This document shows, piece after piece, positions 13,473 to 27,579 of a stretch of 64,000 nt of DNA. Under the pieces are notes generated by a model. The model had not been told where the DNA came from, did no database searches, and worked only from the letters and a program-made list of their open reading frames with translations. Location: assembly GCA_951406725.2 (NCBI GenBank), contig OX597819.1, forward strand, positions 36,642,001 to 36,706,000, given 5' to 3'. The DNA comes from Octopus vulgaris. Lineage: Eukaryota. Numbering within the stretch: the stretch's first letter is position 1; every line of letters starts with the position of its first letter. A program made the translations under genes and the position numbers.

Positions 13473-13513
13473 GATTTAACCGGTTTCACAGTTTACACGG
13501 ATCTTCAAAAATT
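13473..13513 (-). ncRNA. Degenerate hammerhead
   Basis: ATTT-TTGAAGA-TCCGTGTAAACTGT-GAAA-CCGG-TT-AAAT; C3 mutated, stem II weak. Confidence 0.5.
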
Positions 13514-13768
13514 TCAAATAGTAAGACCTGGCATATGTCGCAGCTGTTTTGCTTCTGACTAGTGTTTGAAGGTTGCCTTATTTTGATAGGGAGTTCATGG
13601 CTCAAATTATATATGTTTTGAATAGGGTTTGATTTCGTAGAGGATAGTCATATGATTGGTCTAAGAAATTTTTGCAGGCTCCCCGCTACGTCAGTGTGTT
13701 AGTATCAAGTGACAATGTTTAGCGTCATCAATTAAGGCTGACATGGTTGACTGAACAAGTCGAGTGGT

Positions 13769-13964
13769 ATTACATAGGTCAAACAGAGCTTACTCTAAGA
13801 AATAGACTGACCATTCACCGACAACAAATACGAGACCGCAGTACTAGGCATATTCCACTGAGTGGACACATAGACATGTTCAAAAAATAAATCCCCAAAT
13901 TCCAGATCTTCCCACTCTAACTACGTTCAATGAATACTACAGATTAAGCGCGGATTAACAAAGA
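13769..13964 (+). pseudogene. Penelope-like GIY-YIG endonuclease fragment (inverted copy)
   Basis: YIGQTELTLRNRLTIHRQQIRDRSTRHIPLSGHID..FQIFP; inverted repeat of 14310-14507. Confidence 0.85.
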
Positions 13965-14266
13965 TGCTCTGAATGTTTTCTTTCAAGTGTTTGTAGAGGA
14001 TTAACACGTGATTAAGTTTAGAACCTTCTGTATGTTTTCTATGTCCATGCGTTAGTGTCACGTGGGATATATTGCGCCTAAAGTGAAGGCCGACACGGTT
14101 GAGTAAACATGTTTAGTTACAATCAAGGCACTTCAAATTTAATCTGCCTGGTGGGAGAGTCGTTTGTATGTAGTCTAGTGGCTGAACTTTAGATTATTAG
14201 TTGTGTAGTTTCTTCATGTTGAAGAATGAATTTTGTGTGTGAATAGTTATTTGTGTATGTACTTTG

Positions 14267-14511
14267 TTAAAGATTAAATCTGTGTTTGTACTTTTGTATA
14301 AAATTATTCTCTATGTTAATCCGCGCTTAATCTGTAGTATTTACTGAACATAGTTAGAGTGGGAAGACCTGGAATTAGGGGGGATTTATTTTTTGAACAT
14401 GTCTATGTGTCCACTCAGTGGAATATGCCTAGTACTGGGGTCTCGTATTTGTTGTAGGTGAATCATTAGTCTATTTCTTAGAGAAAGCTCTGTTTGACCT
14501 ATGTAATCTTC

Positions 14512-14513
<2 letters not shown>
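14267..14513 (-). pseudogene. Penelope-like GIY-YIG endonuclease C-terminal half, 5'-truncated at (TA)n
   Basis: NEDYIGQTELSLRNRLMIHLQQIRDPSTRHIPLSGHID ... ARINIENNFIQKYKHRFNL*; frameshifts and stops. Confidence 0.85.
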
Positions 14514-14598
<85 letters not shown>

Positions 14599-15589
14599 TA
14601 TATTGAGAGTACTACTATTCGTAGATACCAACACGCTAAGAGGGACCAATGCGGTCAAAACTACTAAAAATAAACAAAATTTTACCGAATGCAAAACTTC
14701 AATATATATATATATATATATATATTTCGTTTTGGGGATTTGGTGTGCAAGATACTTTATGTGAGTTCGTGTGTTGAAGCATATTCTGCAGTGTCTGGCG
14801 AGAGTCATCTTTTTGTGCCTTATAATTTAACACACTCACCGGTAAAATTTCCCCTTATTTCTTATTTTTATTTTCCTAAAATTTTCGTTGCGTCTTGCAA
14901 CCTTTTCAATAGTCTTGATTCTGTCCGTTATTTACACTGCGTTCCTTTTTGTTTGTTTGTGCGCATGTGTGTGGGTCAGTGTGTGTGTGTGCCTCTGTAT
15001 GCATGCATGTACGTATGTATGTATGTGTGTACGTATGTATGTATGTGTGTGTGTGTTTGTATACATGTATGTATGTGTGTGTGTGTATGCATATGTATAT
15101 ATGTATGTGTTTGCATCCGTATGTATGTATTCTGCATATTCATGTGCTAGCATGTCCGTGTTTGTGTATTTATTGTGTATGTGTGTCTGAGCGTGTGTTT
15201 GTATATGTATGCACCCCTGTCTCCTTGTGTGTGCATGTATGTGTGTGTGTGTTTTGCAACTAAGTACCGTGTTTGTATGGATGGATGGGCATCTCTAAAT
15301 GTGTGGACCCGTGTCTCCATATGTGGAATAAAGTATGTGTTTGTATATATAGTCATGTGTATCAGTTTCCATTTGCGTATGTGTGCTTGTCTGTTCGTAT
15401 AGCCTATGTACCTATCCGTCTGTAATGTTGATCTGTTTATTTTCATATCCATATGCTTACATACACGTGTATACACATACACTCACACCCACACACGCAC
15501 ATACATACATACATCTATCTACATAACCGCCCACTAACTATTCTACTCTACCTGTATAAACTGTGGGTATGTAGGTATGATATCTACTA

Positions 15590-15714
15590 TGTATATTTCC
15601 CATTTAGTATTGGGGAAGTTTCATTTATAAGGACGTACTCCCATATTTGTCTGAGTGTTGGGTCTTTTGGGTGCTTGGATAAGATGCGGATGTCAAGTTG
15701 ATCCAAGTTGCCAA
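15590..15714 (-). pseudogene. GIY-YIG C-terminal fragment of a second PLE family
   Basis: DIRILSKHPKDPTLRQIWEYVLINETSPILNGK fits the R-x-I-x-E-xxx-I-xxxx-P-x-LN end motif; abuts a ~50-bp inverted repeat (14786-14836 / 15715-15768). Confidence 0.65.
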
Positions 15715-15804
15715 AGTGTGTTAAATTATAAGGCACAAAAAGAAAATGACTATCCCCAGACACAACAGTATATATATATATATCTTTATCTATTATTTTA
15801 AATG

Positions 15805-15806
<2 letters not shown>

Positions 15807-15858
<52 letters not shown>

Positions 15859-16091
15859 TACATATATACATACATACATATATATATATACATACATACA
15901 TACATATATATATATATACATACATATATACATACATACATACATATATACATACATACATATATATATATATATACATACATATATACATACATATATA
16001 TATACATACATATATACATACATACATATATACATACATACATATATATACATACATATATACACACATATATACATACATATATACACAC

Positions 16092-16133
<42 letters not shown>
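15807..16133. repeat. Compound (AT)n/(ATAC)n microsatellite
   Basis: Direct reading. Confidence 0.95.
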
Positions 16134-16136
<3 letters not shown>

Positions 16137-16137
16137 A

Positions 16138-16686
16138 ACATTTAAAATAATAAGGGTGAAAAATTGAATATTAATTTGATTAATATCAATTTAAAACCAG
16201 TGGTCTAGCATATTGAAAAAATCTGAAGTTTCAGAAAAAAATTATGTTACATACCTATAAGAGGGATGACCTGTAAGTGGACATCCATTATGCTAGAAGA
16301 AGATCCGCTATGGTCTTACCACTAAGAAATGAATGCTCTCAAGAAAATTTAGCAAAGGCCAGAACGTAAGCGAGCAAGACAAATGAAAAGATACAAAATA
16401 TAGATTAATCACAAACAAGGTTTCGTTGTTAACGCTTACGTAATCATTTACGTAATTATCCGCAACTCATCAGTGTGATCGTCTTTGCAAATATAATTTG
16501 AAGAACTATTCACGAGACGTCCGCATGAGATTGAACATGTATACAGTTCTAACCATTACAATTACGTTCTGGCGTTTGCTAAATTTTCTTCAGAACAGTC
16601 CTTTCTTAGTGGTAAGATCATAGCGGATCTTATTCTAGCATAATGGATGTTCCCTTACAGAACATCCTTCTTATATGTATGTTTAC

Positions 16687-16689
<3 letters not shown>
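16138..16689 (-). mobile_element. PLE-derived fold-back insert in (TA)n
   Basis: Diverged inverted arms 16243-16369 / 16562-16689 with a hammerhead in the spacer. Confidence 0.8.
16407..16480 (-). ncRNA. Type-I hammerhead ribozyme with extended stem II
   Basis: GATCACA-CTGATGA-GTTG..(TTACGTAA hairpin)..CAAC-GAAA-CCTTG-TT-TGTGATT. Confidence 0.8.
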
Positions 16690-16719
<30 letters not shown>

Positions 16720-16762
16720 ATATATATACATACATATATATAATTCTTTAACAAGAATAGTA

Positions 16763-17113
16763 GGCGCAGCAGTGGCTGTGTGGTAAGTAGCTTGCTTACA
16801 AACCACATGGTTCCGGGTTCAGTCCCACTGCGTGGCACCTTGGGCAAATGTCTTCAACTATGGCCTCGGGCCGACCTAAGCCTTGTGAGTGGATTTGGTA
16901 GACGGAAACTGAAAGAAGCCCGTCGTATATATGTATATATATGTATGTGTATAACTTTGTGCGTCTGTGTTTGCAGTTCGGCAAAAGAGAACGATAGAAT
17001 AAGTACTGGGCTTAGAAAGAATAAGTTCTGGAGTCGATTTGCTCGACTAAAGGCGGTGCACCAGCATGGCGGCAGTCAAATGACTGAAACAAGTAAAAGA
17101 GTAAAAAGAGTAC
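16763..17113 (+). mobile_element. Family B SINE, well preserved, ~36-bp TSD
   Basis: GGCGCAGCAGTGGCTGTGTGGTAAG head; TSD TACATACATATATATAATTCTTTAACAAGAATAGTA at 16727-16762 / 17115-17150. Confidence 0.9.
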
Positions 17114-17154
17114 ATACATACATATATATAATTCTTTAACAAGAATAGTATTTA

Positions 17155-17197
17155 TAGTGACTTCAAAGTTTCGGTCTGCTAAGTCATCACCGGACTA
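17155..17197 (-). ncRNA. Degenerate hammerhead
   Basis: TAGT-CCGGTGA-TGACTTAGCAGACC-GAAA-CTTTGAAG-TC-ACTA; core carries 2 substitutions. Confidence 0.5.
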
Positions 17198-17614
17198 GAT
17201 ACATTCGAGATCATCTTGACTTAATATAGTGTCTGTTAAGTTAAAATTTAGGAGAAGGAACGTGCGCTTGTGAATGATAATATTATTTGATGTAGGCAAC
17301 GTTTAGACACAGAGGTAGGTCGCGATCTCGTTTGCTCTACATGTGAAAGGATGGTACATGATAAAATCCTGCCATAGCAGTATGTATAGAGAGGTTAATG
17401 AAACTACTGTAAAATATTAGAAATCGGTTTGATATTAAGGATATAGGTCTGACATAAAATGTATGTTATTCACATATATTCAAGGTTGAGAAATCTTTCC
17501 AAACACCAAGTAGTGTGTCATGTGATGACTGATAATTACTCATCTAAAATATCAGTCGTAAAGTTGGCGCTAACATTCTGGATATAAGTAAGATAATATA
17601 TCTGAATTAACTAA

Positions 17615-17820
17615 GGCAGCGAGATGGTAGAATCGTTAGCACGCCGGGCAAAATGCTAAGCAGCATTTCGTACGTTTTTATGTTCTGAGTTCAAATTCCA
17701 CCGAGACCGACCTTGCCTTTCATCCTTCGGGGTCGATAAAATGAATAGCAGTTGAACACTAGGGTCCTATCGACCTATCCCTCTCCCAAAATTATTGGTC
17801 TTGTGTCCAAACTTGAAAGC
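17615..17820 (+). mobile_element. Nin-domain SINE with 20-bp TSD
   Basis: TSD AATATATCTGAATTAACTAA 17595-17614 / 17821-17840. Confidence 0.9.
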
Positions 17821-18972
17821 AATATATCTGAATTAACTAAACTTTCATCCTACTTAGAAGCTTTATTTGGAATTCACTTACATCATCGACAAATTTTTAA
17901 TGCATCAATAGGATTTTATTTATTTCAAGGAAGAGAAACTGCATTACATCATTGAAACAGCCACCTCATTGAACACTTCAGGCGGCAAATCTTTCCCAAT
18001 GAGTTCACCTTGAATCATCTTATTCTTAACATTACCAGTTCGATGGAAGGTCAGTTTTAGTATGTCATTAAAGTGATATCTGCTCTAATAAACCATCAGA
18101 ACAAGTATGTTTATAGAAGTAGTTTCATATTTTGCTTCCTTGTTTATCGAAATGATTTTAGCTTAAGCAAATGAAAAGGGTATTAACCTTTGTATTCTCG
18201 TGGGGATTAATAATAACTCTCCATCCTGTTACAAGACCCACTGTCTAATCATATACTCTATTCAAACTAATTAATCACGAAGTGAGTAACTACTGGGAAT
18301 TTAACAGAGGATTTGTATGGAATAATATTACATTAAGGAGTGGAACTGAAAATTTTTGTAAATGAATAGTGTATAAACTTATTTAGGCTGTTGCAGGACT
18401 TTTCGAGTCAGTTCAAATAGTAAACTTACGTTTCAACCAAAGCAATTGGAAGAAATCGAAATACACACACACACCTCATCGACTACCACATTAGTAGACT
18501 TCAATGCAAAGCAGGGGATCCTTGTAAGAAAGAGCTTTTTGTTTAATTATTTTTTCCTCGTATTCACTAAAAATTCAGTTATTCAAAATCAAACAAACAG
18601 AATATCTTAGAACAGAAAATAATTAGTGTTTATCAAAAATAGTTTGAGAATTATAGGTTTAAAAAATTTCTTCCCCAACAAACGTTATGGAGATCTGTTC
18701 TATGTTTGAAAACCCAATCTCTAATTTCACCGATATAATCCCAGACCTGTTATACTTCTGAAAAGGATAAGAGATGTCTAAGTCATTCACGCGCAACTTA
18801 GTTCTTTAGTTTGCTTTAGCAATCACGGCTAAGGCCATTCTGGAGCACCGTCCTAAAGCAACATTATTTTCAAAGTATATGAAGTAAGGGCTAGGACTGG
18901 AATCAATATCTTTGAAAACTACTAAAAATCAAAACCTCTTTCGTAAATCGACTTTTAGTTTTACTTGGTTTA

Positions 18973-19296
18973 AAAGTGGCACTCTATCGGTTACGATGAC
19001 GAGTGTTCCAGTTGGTCAGATCAACGGAACAGCCTGCTCCTGAAATGAATGTGCAAGTGGCTGAGCACTCCACAAACAGGCGTACCCCTCACATAGTTCT
19101 CAGTAAGTTTCAGCGTAACAAAATTTGACCGGGCTGACGCTTTAAAATACAGGTATAGCTCATTTTTGCCAGCTGAGTGACGCGGAGAAACTTGAAATAA
19201 GCATCTTGCTCAAGGACAGAACACCCCGCCAAGTATCGAACTCCCAATCGCAAGATTGTGAACCGAATGCCTTAACGACTAAGCCACGCGCCTTCA
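18973..19296 (-). mobile_element. Family D-like SINE with alternative 3' half
   Basis: tRNA head and CCTTGAGCAAGA..CACTCAGCTG core on minus; 3' half differs from 10582 copy. Confidence 0.8.
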
Positions 19297-21981
19297 CTTT
19301 ACCTAGTATACTACGTTAGGAAATCAATACAACAATATACTTCTTACTTTAATCCTTGATAATGTGTCCTGATTAACCCCATGATAAAATCGCCACCCTT
19401 ATGCAAATCAATCGTATTCATCCACATGACACTTGCTCTTACAAAAGCAACTACAATACGATATAAATATTTTTGTTAACAATTACACTAGTTTTTTTTT
19501 CATTCAATTGTTTTTTTCGCCTGTATAAATATCTCTCAGTATTATACAAACAGTTGGCATACTATGAAAAACTCGTGACGGTGCGCTGTTGTTTTGACAA
19601 TTGTAAAGTACACGGAGAAATGATCACAACACTACTAGCTTATCAGTAAAGTAAAATGCTAGCACTACGGCTAAGTAATTGACTGTAAAAAACCCACCGA
19701 AAAGAAACCGAGGACTTGTGTCTATGTGAAAATTAATATCACTATCATTTCAAAAAAGTGGTTGATGAACAAAATGCCTTATTGTATTTAGATGGGTAAA
19801 GTTTAGGTTCTATGTTCAAATCCCCCCTAGGTGGTTTTTTTTTCGCATGTTAACATCCTGGGGGGTCAATAAAAATAAAGTATTCATCAAGTATTAGTGT
19901 TTTGTTCTACCGTTATAAATCGTTGTCACTACTATAATCCTTCCCACTCCACTATAAACAACTCCCTGAACACCACCAAAAGCATCTTTTAAGCACTTGG
20001 TAAGGTTTTCATACACACCTAGAAACAAAAGTACTTTAGATGGAAAGCAAAATTAATCATTATTTTTTGTTCAGACTTTAGTTTATAGAGAAAGCTAAAT
20101 TATACCTTTAAAGTAAATTTCGGTATATTTTAACGCCCCCACTGAAACAGGAGACGCATGTTCAATTCATTGTACAGTTATTCTTGTTGATATGGATTAA
20201 AGAGCTTCAGAATTGATAATATAAACGAAATACCTTATTCTTTTCAATAATTCAGATCTTTGCAGCTTCTCAGAAATTAACATTATGGTATCAAGGTAAC
20301 GCAAAAGCTCAAACTATCACACGGTGATTACTATTTTCTTTAAGTTGGTGCGATACTTTTATAGCAGTTTAATGAATTTCGCTGAAGAGGAATTAGTATT
20401 AAGGAAGGAAAACGATCGATCGGTTGAAAACTCTGATCACTCCATCCTGAACAGCATTTTTTCCTTTTAATGGGGGTGGGGTGGTCTGGAAGAAGAGGCT
20501 TTGCCACTGCTTTCTCAGCCCTTCTCAGTCGACAGTTCCATTCCGAGTACCATACTGTTCAAGGAATTTAGAAATAGGAAGCAGTTTCCGAGTTCAAGTA
20601 TCATTTAAAAATGTACAAAGAATTTATCATAAGCAAAATAATAAAAGAAATTTGTTCATATTACTGTTAACGGATTCGCACACATTTACCCAAGGGAAAA
20701 ATCAGCTGTTGTATATCGAATGGATCAAGTAAAGAACTTACCTTGAATTTATGTTATTTTCTTAAAATCGGAGCTTGTAACCTGTCAGTCACGTTAGGCC
20801 TTAGAAGGAAGTAGAGACATGGACCAAAATAGTATTTCTCCATGGCTGTTTGATGGCAATAATACTGCATTTGTGATTTGCCATCAAACAGACTATAAAG
20901 TGACTAACTGTAAAGTAAAAAGAAAAAAAATCCTGACTGTTGACGCGTATTAGTGTTGTGTTTTTATCTCCGTCTGTGAAACAACCACCCATAAAAATAT
21001 TGATAAGCGGGGCTAATGACAAAGTATATATTTTTCACTCTCTCTTTCTATGTCTTCCTCATCCGGCCGAGAGAAAGAGAGAGTGAACGAGATAGAAACT
21101 GTTTGTTATGTCCTGTACTTAGCACGTCCTAATTTCAGTGCTTGTCGCTAGCTGGTTGTGTTCGCAATAGGATAGAGTGACATGTATTATATTACTGATT
21201 TCTCACTCTCATTCACTCCTCATTTTGTATACAAGGCGACTAATTTAACAATTCAACTCTGTGAGAAATGAACTCTGTCTCTCAGAACAATAAATGCGTC
21301 AATTTGATCAAAATACAGTTTATACTAATTTCAATTTCATTATTATACGTTTTTGTTTGTGTTAAATAAAAAAAAAAGTACTTCAAAACGTGACCTTCAA
21401 AACTATGAATACGAATCGTAACAAATCTATTTCTCTAATTGTTTTCTTTTAAAAAAAATTTAGTATCCTGGTTAAGGGGCGTTGTGTCACATACCGATAT
21501 AAACATAGAACTTAGTTTTGTCAAATCTATTTCTATTGGTCAGGAAATAGTTTTTGTTTGTTGTTTCTATTCTTCTTTTATTTCGTCTGTCTTCCTTGTC
21601 AAAGTATTAAATATAAAAAGTAAACAGATCTAAATATTTCAAATAGAGGAACACACAAAAAGTAGGCGATAAAAAAAAAGAGGAAGGGGGATCGTTTAGT
21701 TAAATGTATGGGAAAGATATTGTAGAAGAAAAAAGAAAGAAAATAATTATGTAATTAACTTTTGAAACTTGTATTGTTAGTATAATCATAATAATTGATA
21801 AGGCAAGTGACGAAGAGCAATACGTCTATGTATAGGGGGTGGTGGTATCAGATAAGGCGCTAATATTTAAATGTCGGGCGATGAAAGAGATATGTTTATT
21901 ATTAACTTGTTGAAGGGCTGTGAATGAAAGAATCAGTAGGCAACAAGAAAAATGCCGTGTGGGGTATATTTATGTAACTTA

Positions 21982-22213
21982 AGGCGCCGAGCTGGCAGAA
22001 ACGTTAGCACGCCGGGCGAAATGCTTTGCGGTATTTTGTCTGCCGTTACGTTCTGAGTTCAAATTCCGCCGAGGTCGACTTTGCCTTTCATCCTTTCGAG
22101 GTCGATAAATTAAGTACCAGTTACACACTGGGGTCAATATAATAGACTTAATCCGTTTGTCTGTCCTTGTTTGTCCCCTGTATGTTTAGCCCTTTGTGGG
22201 TAGTAAAGAAATA
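21982..22213 (+). mobile_element. Nin-domain SINE with Tx1-like 3' tail, 17-bp TSD
   Basis: TSD TATATTTATGTAACTTA; tail TGTCCCCTGTATGTTTAGCCCTTTGTGGGTAGTAAAGAAA. Confidence 0.9.
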
Positions 22214-22512
22214 TATATTTATGTAACTTACATTAAGAGTTCAATTCCTGCGAAGCTAAATATTGTGTTTCACCCTTCCGGAATCAATAAAATTATTTCT
22301 AATCATGTACTAGGGTGGATTTAGTCAAGTATACCGGCTCAACTGCCATCAGGTCTGTACATTTGTGCCAAAGTTACACCCACACCTTTATTTGATCGAC
22401 AAAATCTCACCACAACCACCACCACCACCACCACCAAAATAAAACCCTCTCAGTATGTTACCGTCACGCACTAAGGTGGATTTAATTTTCTATAACTCTG
22501 CTCCATTATCTG

Positions 22513-22655
22513 CAGTAGCATAGCTAAGGGGCGACCCACCCAGGTAGCGATTTTGTAGGGGCAGCGCTTTTGAGTCTACCGTATAAGCAAATATTGAGAG
22601 CGAGGCGATTAACACGAGGCTGCCACGAGTGGCATTCACTCTAGCTACATCACAG
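22513..22655. mobile_element. Decayed hAT-like MITE
   Basis: Imperfect TIRs CAGTAGCATAGCTA.. / ..TAGCTACATCACAG; no clear TSD. Confidence 0.4.
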
Positions 22656-23145
22656 ATAACATTTACCCTTAAGCCTATAGTATAGACACTTTTTGAGGTG
22701 GGTGGACTCAATTCACAGAACCCTTCCCTGAAATCAGGAAATCAGGACTTTTGTGCCAATGTCAGTAGCTTCATAGAATAGTTTGTTTAGTAACTTGTTA
22801 GTTACTACGCAGCTTTCAAACTCAGCCAGTGTTGACTGCGACTGTTGTTTCCCTGGGATCGATAAAATGATAAAAAATACGATTTTATGGTGGGCTTATT
22901 CACCTGCGTGCAATTTCATAATTATTGATTCAACAGCCCAAATTACTACAAACCTAAACTTATCTCTTTCTGAGCTCCTTCCTCTCATTGATTCTCCTCT
23001 TTCATTTCTTCACCTGAATGTACATGCGATCACACGTATATGAAATATTTTTCTAGAAGTTCTGGAAATTCCAAAGATGAATGAAACACTACTAAACTTC
23101 ATTCGAAACAAATGAATGTATATACTCATATATATACTATGGTCA

Positions 23146-23546
<401 letters not shown>

Positions 23547-23632
23547 ATTATATATATATATATTTCGTTTCAGCACACGATCTCAGATCAAATTACTTGC
23601 TATGCGAGTACATCTCCGTAATATATATATAT

Positions 23633-24422
23633 CTAATGTAGGATAACATTTTTTTCGAAAAAATTTTATCAATGGCCAGCATATTAAAAAATACCTTTAA
23701 AGGTTAAATTTATAAACAATTCATAAATAAGGGCAAACGAAAACATTTCTAATGGACATACTGTCCATTAACCATATAATTATTTCACAATACGCATGCT
23801 ACTCGAAAAAAGGTCGACAGAAATTTCTAAAAAATTCCATAATTACCATATCGGACCGATTTCAGGTTTAGCTCATAACAGCCCTACCTTCGTCAGTGAT
23901 ACATGTGGCAAAAGAAATAAATGAGATACTTACTCATACCCATGGAAGAAGCAAACACTAAGTCATGAGCACAATTAAGTACCCCAAATACATCCAAAAT
24001 AGAAATACTCCAGCCCAATTTTATCCTACATTAGATATAAATGTAAGCGTTCACTTCCGGACTCTCTCACTCTGTGAGAACCTCAGTTCAAATCGCACGT
24101 GCCTCGAATGGGCTGGAGTATTTCTATTTTGGATGTATTTGGGGTACTTAATTGTGCTCATGACTTAGTGTTTGCTTCTTCCATGGGTATGAGTAAGTAT
24201 CTCATTTATTTCTTTTGTATCACTGACGAAGGTAGGGCTGTTATGAGCTAAACTTGAAATCGGTCCGATATGGTAATAATGGAATTTTTTAGAAATTTCT
24301 GTCGACCTTTTTTCGAGTAGCGGGTGTATTGTGAAAAAATTATATGGTTAATGGACAATATGTCCAATTTCTCGGCATATTTGGCATTAGAAATTTTTTC
24401 GTTTGCCCTTATTTATGAATTG

Positions 24423-24424
<2 letters not shown>
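23633..24424 (-). mobile_element. PLE-derived fold-back with a hammerhead in each arm
   Basis: Near-identical arms 23715-24017 / 24109-24424, 91-bp spacer, (TA)n flanks. Confidence 0.85.
23847..23903 (-). ncRNA. Hammerhead ribozyme (inverted twin at 24216-24272, +)
   Basis: TGTATCA-CTGACGA-AGGT..ACCT-GAAA-TCGG-TC-CGATATG; one mismatch at the base of stem I. Confidence 0.75.
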
Positions 24425-25042
<618 letters not shown>

Positions 25043-25227
25043 ATATTAGGGAATAAATCCAAATTTACATGGAAAAATCAGATTTAGGATTGAATCTAAT
25101 TTTATAGTAAAATATTATATTACATTAAATTAACGACAAAACCACTATTATGCAAATCAAACAAAGAAAGATTTAAGCCAATACATAAATTAATTTATAT
25201 AAATTTAGAAATTTAACAATTATAAAT

Positions 25228-25288
25228 AACCACTACGATCGTTTCGTGTCTTATTTCAGCACATCTCTGAGACATTCTTCAGGTGGTT
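25228..25288 (-). ncRNA. Hammerhead ribozyme
   Basis: AACCAC-CTGAAGA-ATGTCT..AGACAC-GAAA-CGATCG-TA-GTGGTT; palindromic stem III ACGATCGT. Confidence 0.85.
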
Positions 25289-25512
25289 TCAAAACCTTCT
25301 TGGCGAGTTTTAAACTATTTTATGTATGTATTTTCCGTTTTGTAGAGCGAAAAACAACCAGACAGAGGAAAATTGTTCATATATATATAGAAGATCTAAA
25401 AATAAAATTACAGAAGACAAAAAGAGAAACAAACACATAATCCATTGTGTGTATATATATATATATATATACATATATATAACTAGTTTAAAATTCGCCA
25501 AGAAGGTTTTTA

Positions 25513-25573
25513 AACCACCTGAAGAATGTCTCAAAGATGTGCTGAAATAAGACACGAAACGATCGTAGTGGTT
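25513..25573 (+). ncRNA. Hammerhead ribozyme (inverted twin of 25228)
   Basis: Same motif on + strand. Confidence 0.85.
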
Positions 25574-25675
25574 ATTTATAATTGTTAAATTTCTAAATTT
25601 ATATAAATTAATTCATGTATTGGCTTAAATCTTTCTTTGTTTGATTTGCATAATAGTGGTTTTGTCTCTAATTTA

Positions 25676-25742
<67 letters not shown>

Positions 25743-25896
25743 GATTATGTGTTCGTTTCTCTTTTTGTCTTCTGTAATTTTATTTTTAGATTTTTTATAT
25801 ATATGAACAATTTTCCTCTGTCTGGTTGTTTTTCTCTCTACAAAACGGAAAGTTGCATTATGGAACAGTCATTTTAACGAGTTTTTTCATTTATTT

Positions 25897-25995
25897 ATCA
25901 CCCGACGAGATGCACCACCGGATACTCCTGAACCTGTCTTTGTGTGTCCCACAAGAGGAGTCGATGATAGATGTGTCGAAATAACTGTTTTGATT
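25897..25995 (+). ncRNA. Degenerate hammerhead with long branched stem II
   Basis: ATCAC-CCGACGA-GATGCA..TGTGTC-GAAA-TAACTG-TT-TTGAT; internal ACTCCT/AGGAGT helix. Confidence 0.5.
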
Positions 25996-26071
25996 AATAA
26001 TATATTCTCGTATATTTCATCTGTCTTCCATTTGTTATATATATATATATATGCATTATATATATATATGC

Positions 26072-26117
<46 letters not shown>

Positions 26118-26582
26118 TATATATATATAGACACACACACATATATATATATATAAATATATATGCATACACATATATATATATATATATGTATGCATAA
26201 ATAACATATGTATCTATGTAATATATATGCATATATATATATATCTACAAAACTTTCTATCTATCTCCTGTCTGATTATATATATATATATATAAATATG
26301 TGTGTGCTTGTGTGCAGTGCTTCTGTGTGCATGTGTGTGGGTGGGCATTGGTGTACGATGATATTTATACAATAAATTCCACAAATTACTGATTGATACG
26401 CCATAATCTCTAATGGACTGAGAGGTAGTCATCACAGTACTTACCATAATCATTGTTTGTCATACATGTCTGAAATCTGAAGTGAGGGTAGCCGATATTA
26501 CCATACCCAGCACATAACTGTATCGATCCCTAAAAGACAAAAGGCAAAAAGTTGACTTCGGCAGGAATTGAACTTACAGAGA

Positions 26583-26620
<38 letters not shown>

Positions 26621-27169
26621 GAGAGAGTGAAAGAGAGAGAGAGAAACACACACATAAACACAGAAACACAAAGAAACACATACACACATAGAAACACACA
26701 CACAAAGAAAACAGAAACAAATGTGCTATATATATATTTTTTTCCTTGTGATATCATGATTCACCTAGTATGCCGCGCTTGCCATAACCGCAACGTTTAT
26801 AGGTAACATGTGTGTATGTGTGTTTAGGATCCTACAGGTCCTAGCACCAAACTTCCCCATTGAAAGCCATATCTAAGCTCAAAGGTGACACCATTGTATA
26901 GTATCCAAGGTCGCCATTGTTTAGTATCTAAGGTCCCAATATAAGGATAAAATCAATATAAGAATTTATCAAGTAGCCAGCGTGCAAAACCAGTTTAGGA
27001 AGTAGTTTGAATTTAGAGTCCCATTACAGCGTGAGGCGTTTACTTATAGTAATATCCCTTAATATAATATAATATAATGTATATATGTGTGTGTGTATGT
27101 GTGTACGTATATGTATATGTATATATGTATATGTATATATATATGCAATTATGTATATATATATGCAAT

Positions 27170-27205
<36 letters not shown>

Positions 27206-27208
27206 TAT

Positions 27209-27526
27209 GTGGAGGCGCATTGGCCTAGTGGTTAGTGCAGCGGACTCGCGGTCGTAGGATCGCGGTTTCGATTCCCAGACCGGGCGTTGTGAGTGTATAT
27301 TGAGCGAAAACACCTAAAAAAGTTCCACGAGGCTCCGGCAGGGGCCGGTGGCGATCCCTGCTGTACGCTTTCGCCACAACTTTCTCTCACTCTTTCTTCT
27401 GTTGGCCTGCTCACTTAGCCAGCGGGGTGGCGTCATTTGAAGGCTAAAACAATGCGAAGTGCATTGTGACCAGCGATGTGTAACAACATCTGATAGCCTG
27501 CTCGGTCACGTGATCACGTGACGTGA
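27209..27526 (+). mobile_element. Family A SINE, full length, alternative 3' tail
   Basis: GTGGAGGCGCATTGGCCTAGTGGTTAG head; tail ends CACGTGATCACGTGA. Confidence 0.9.
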
Positions 27527-27544
27527 TTAATATACATATACATG

Positions 27545-27579
<35 letters not shown>

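Noticed and set aside
14689-16167. Long ORFs rich in YI/CV/HT dipeptides (also 24324-25056, 31685-32165, 44065-44732)
   Set aside because: Translations of (AT)n, (GT)n and (ATAC)n microsatellites, which lack stop codons.
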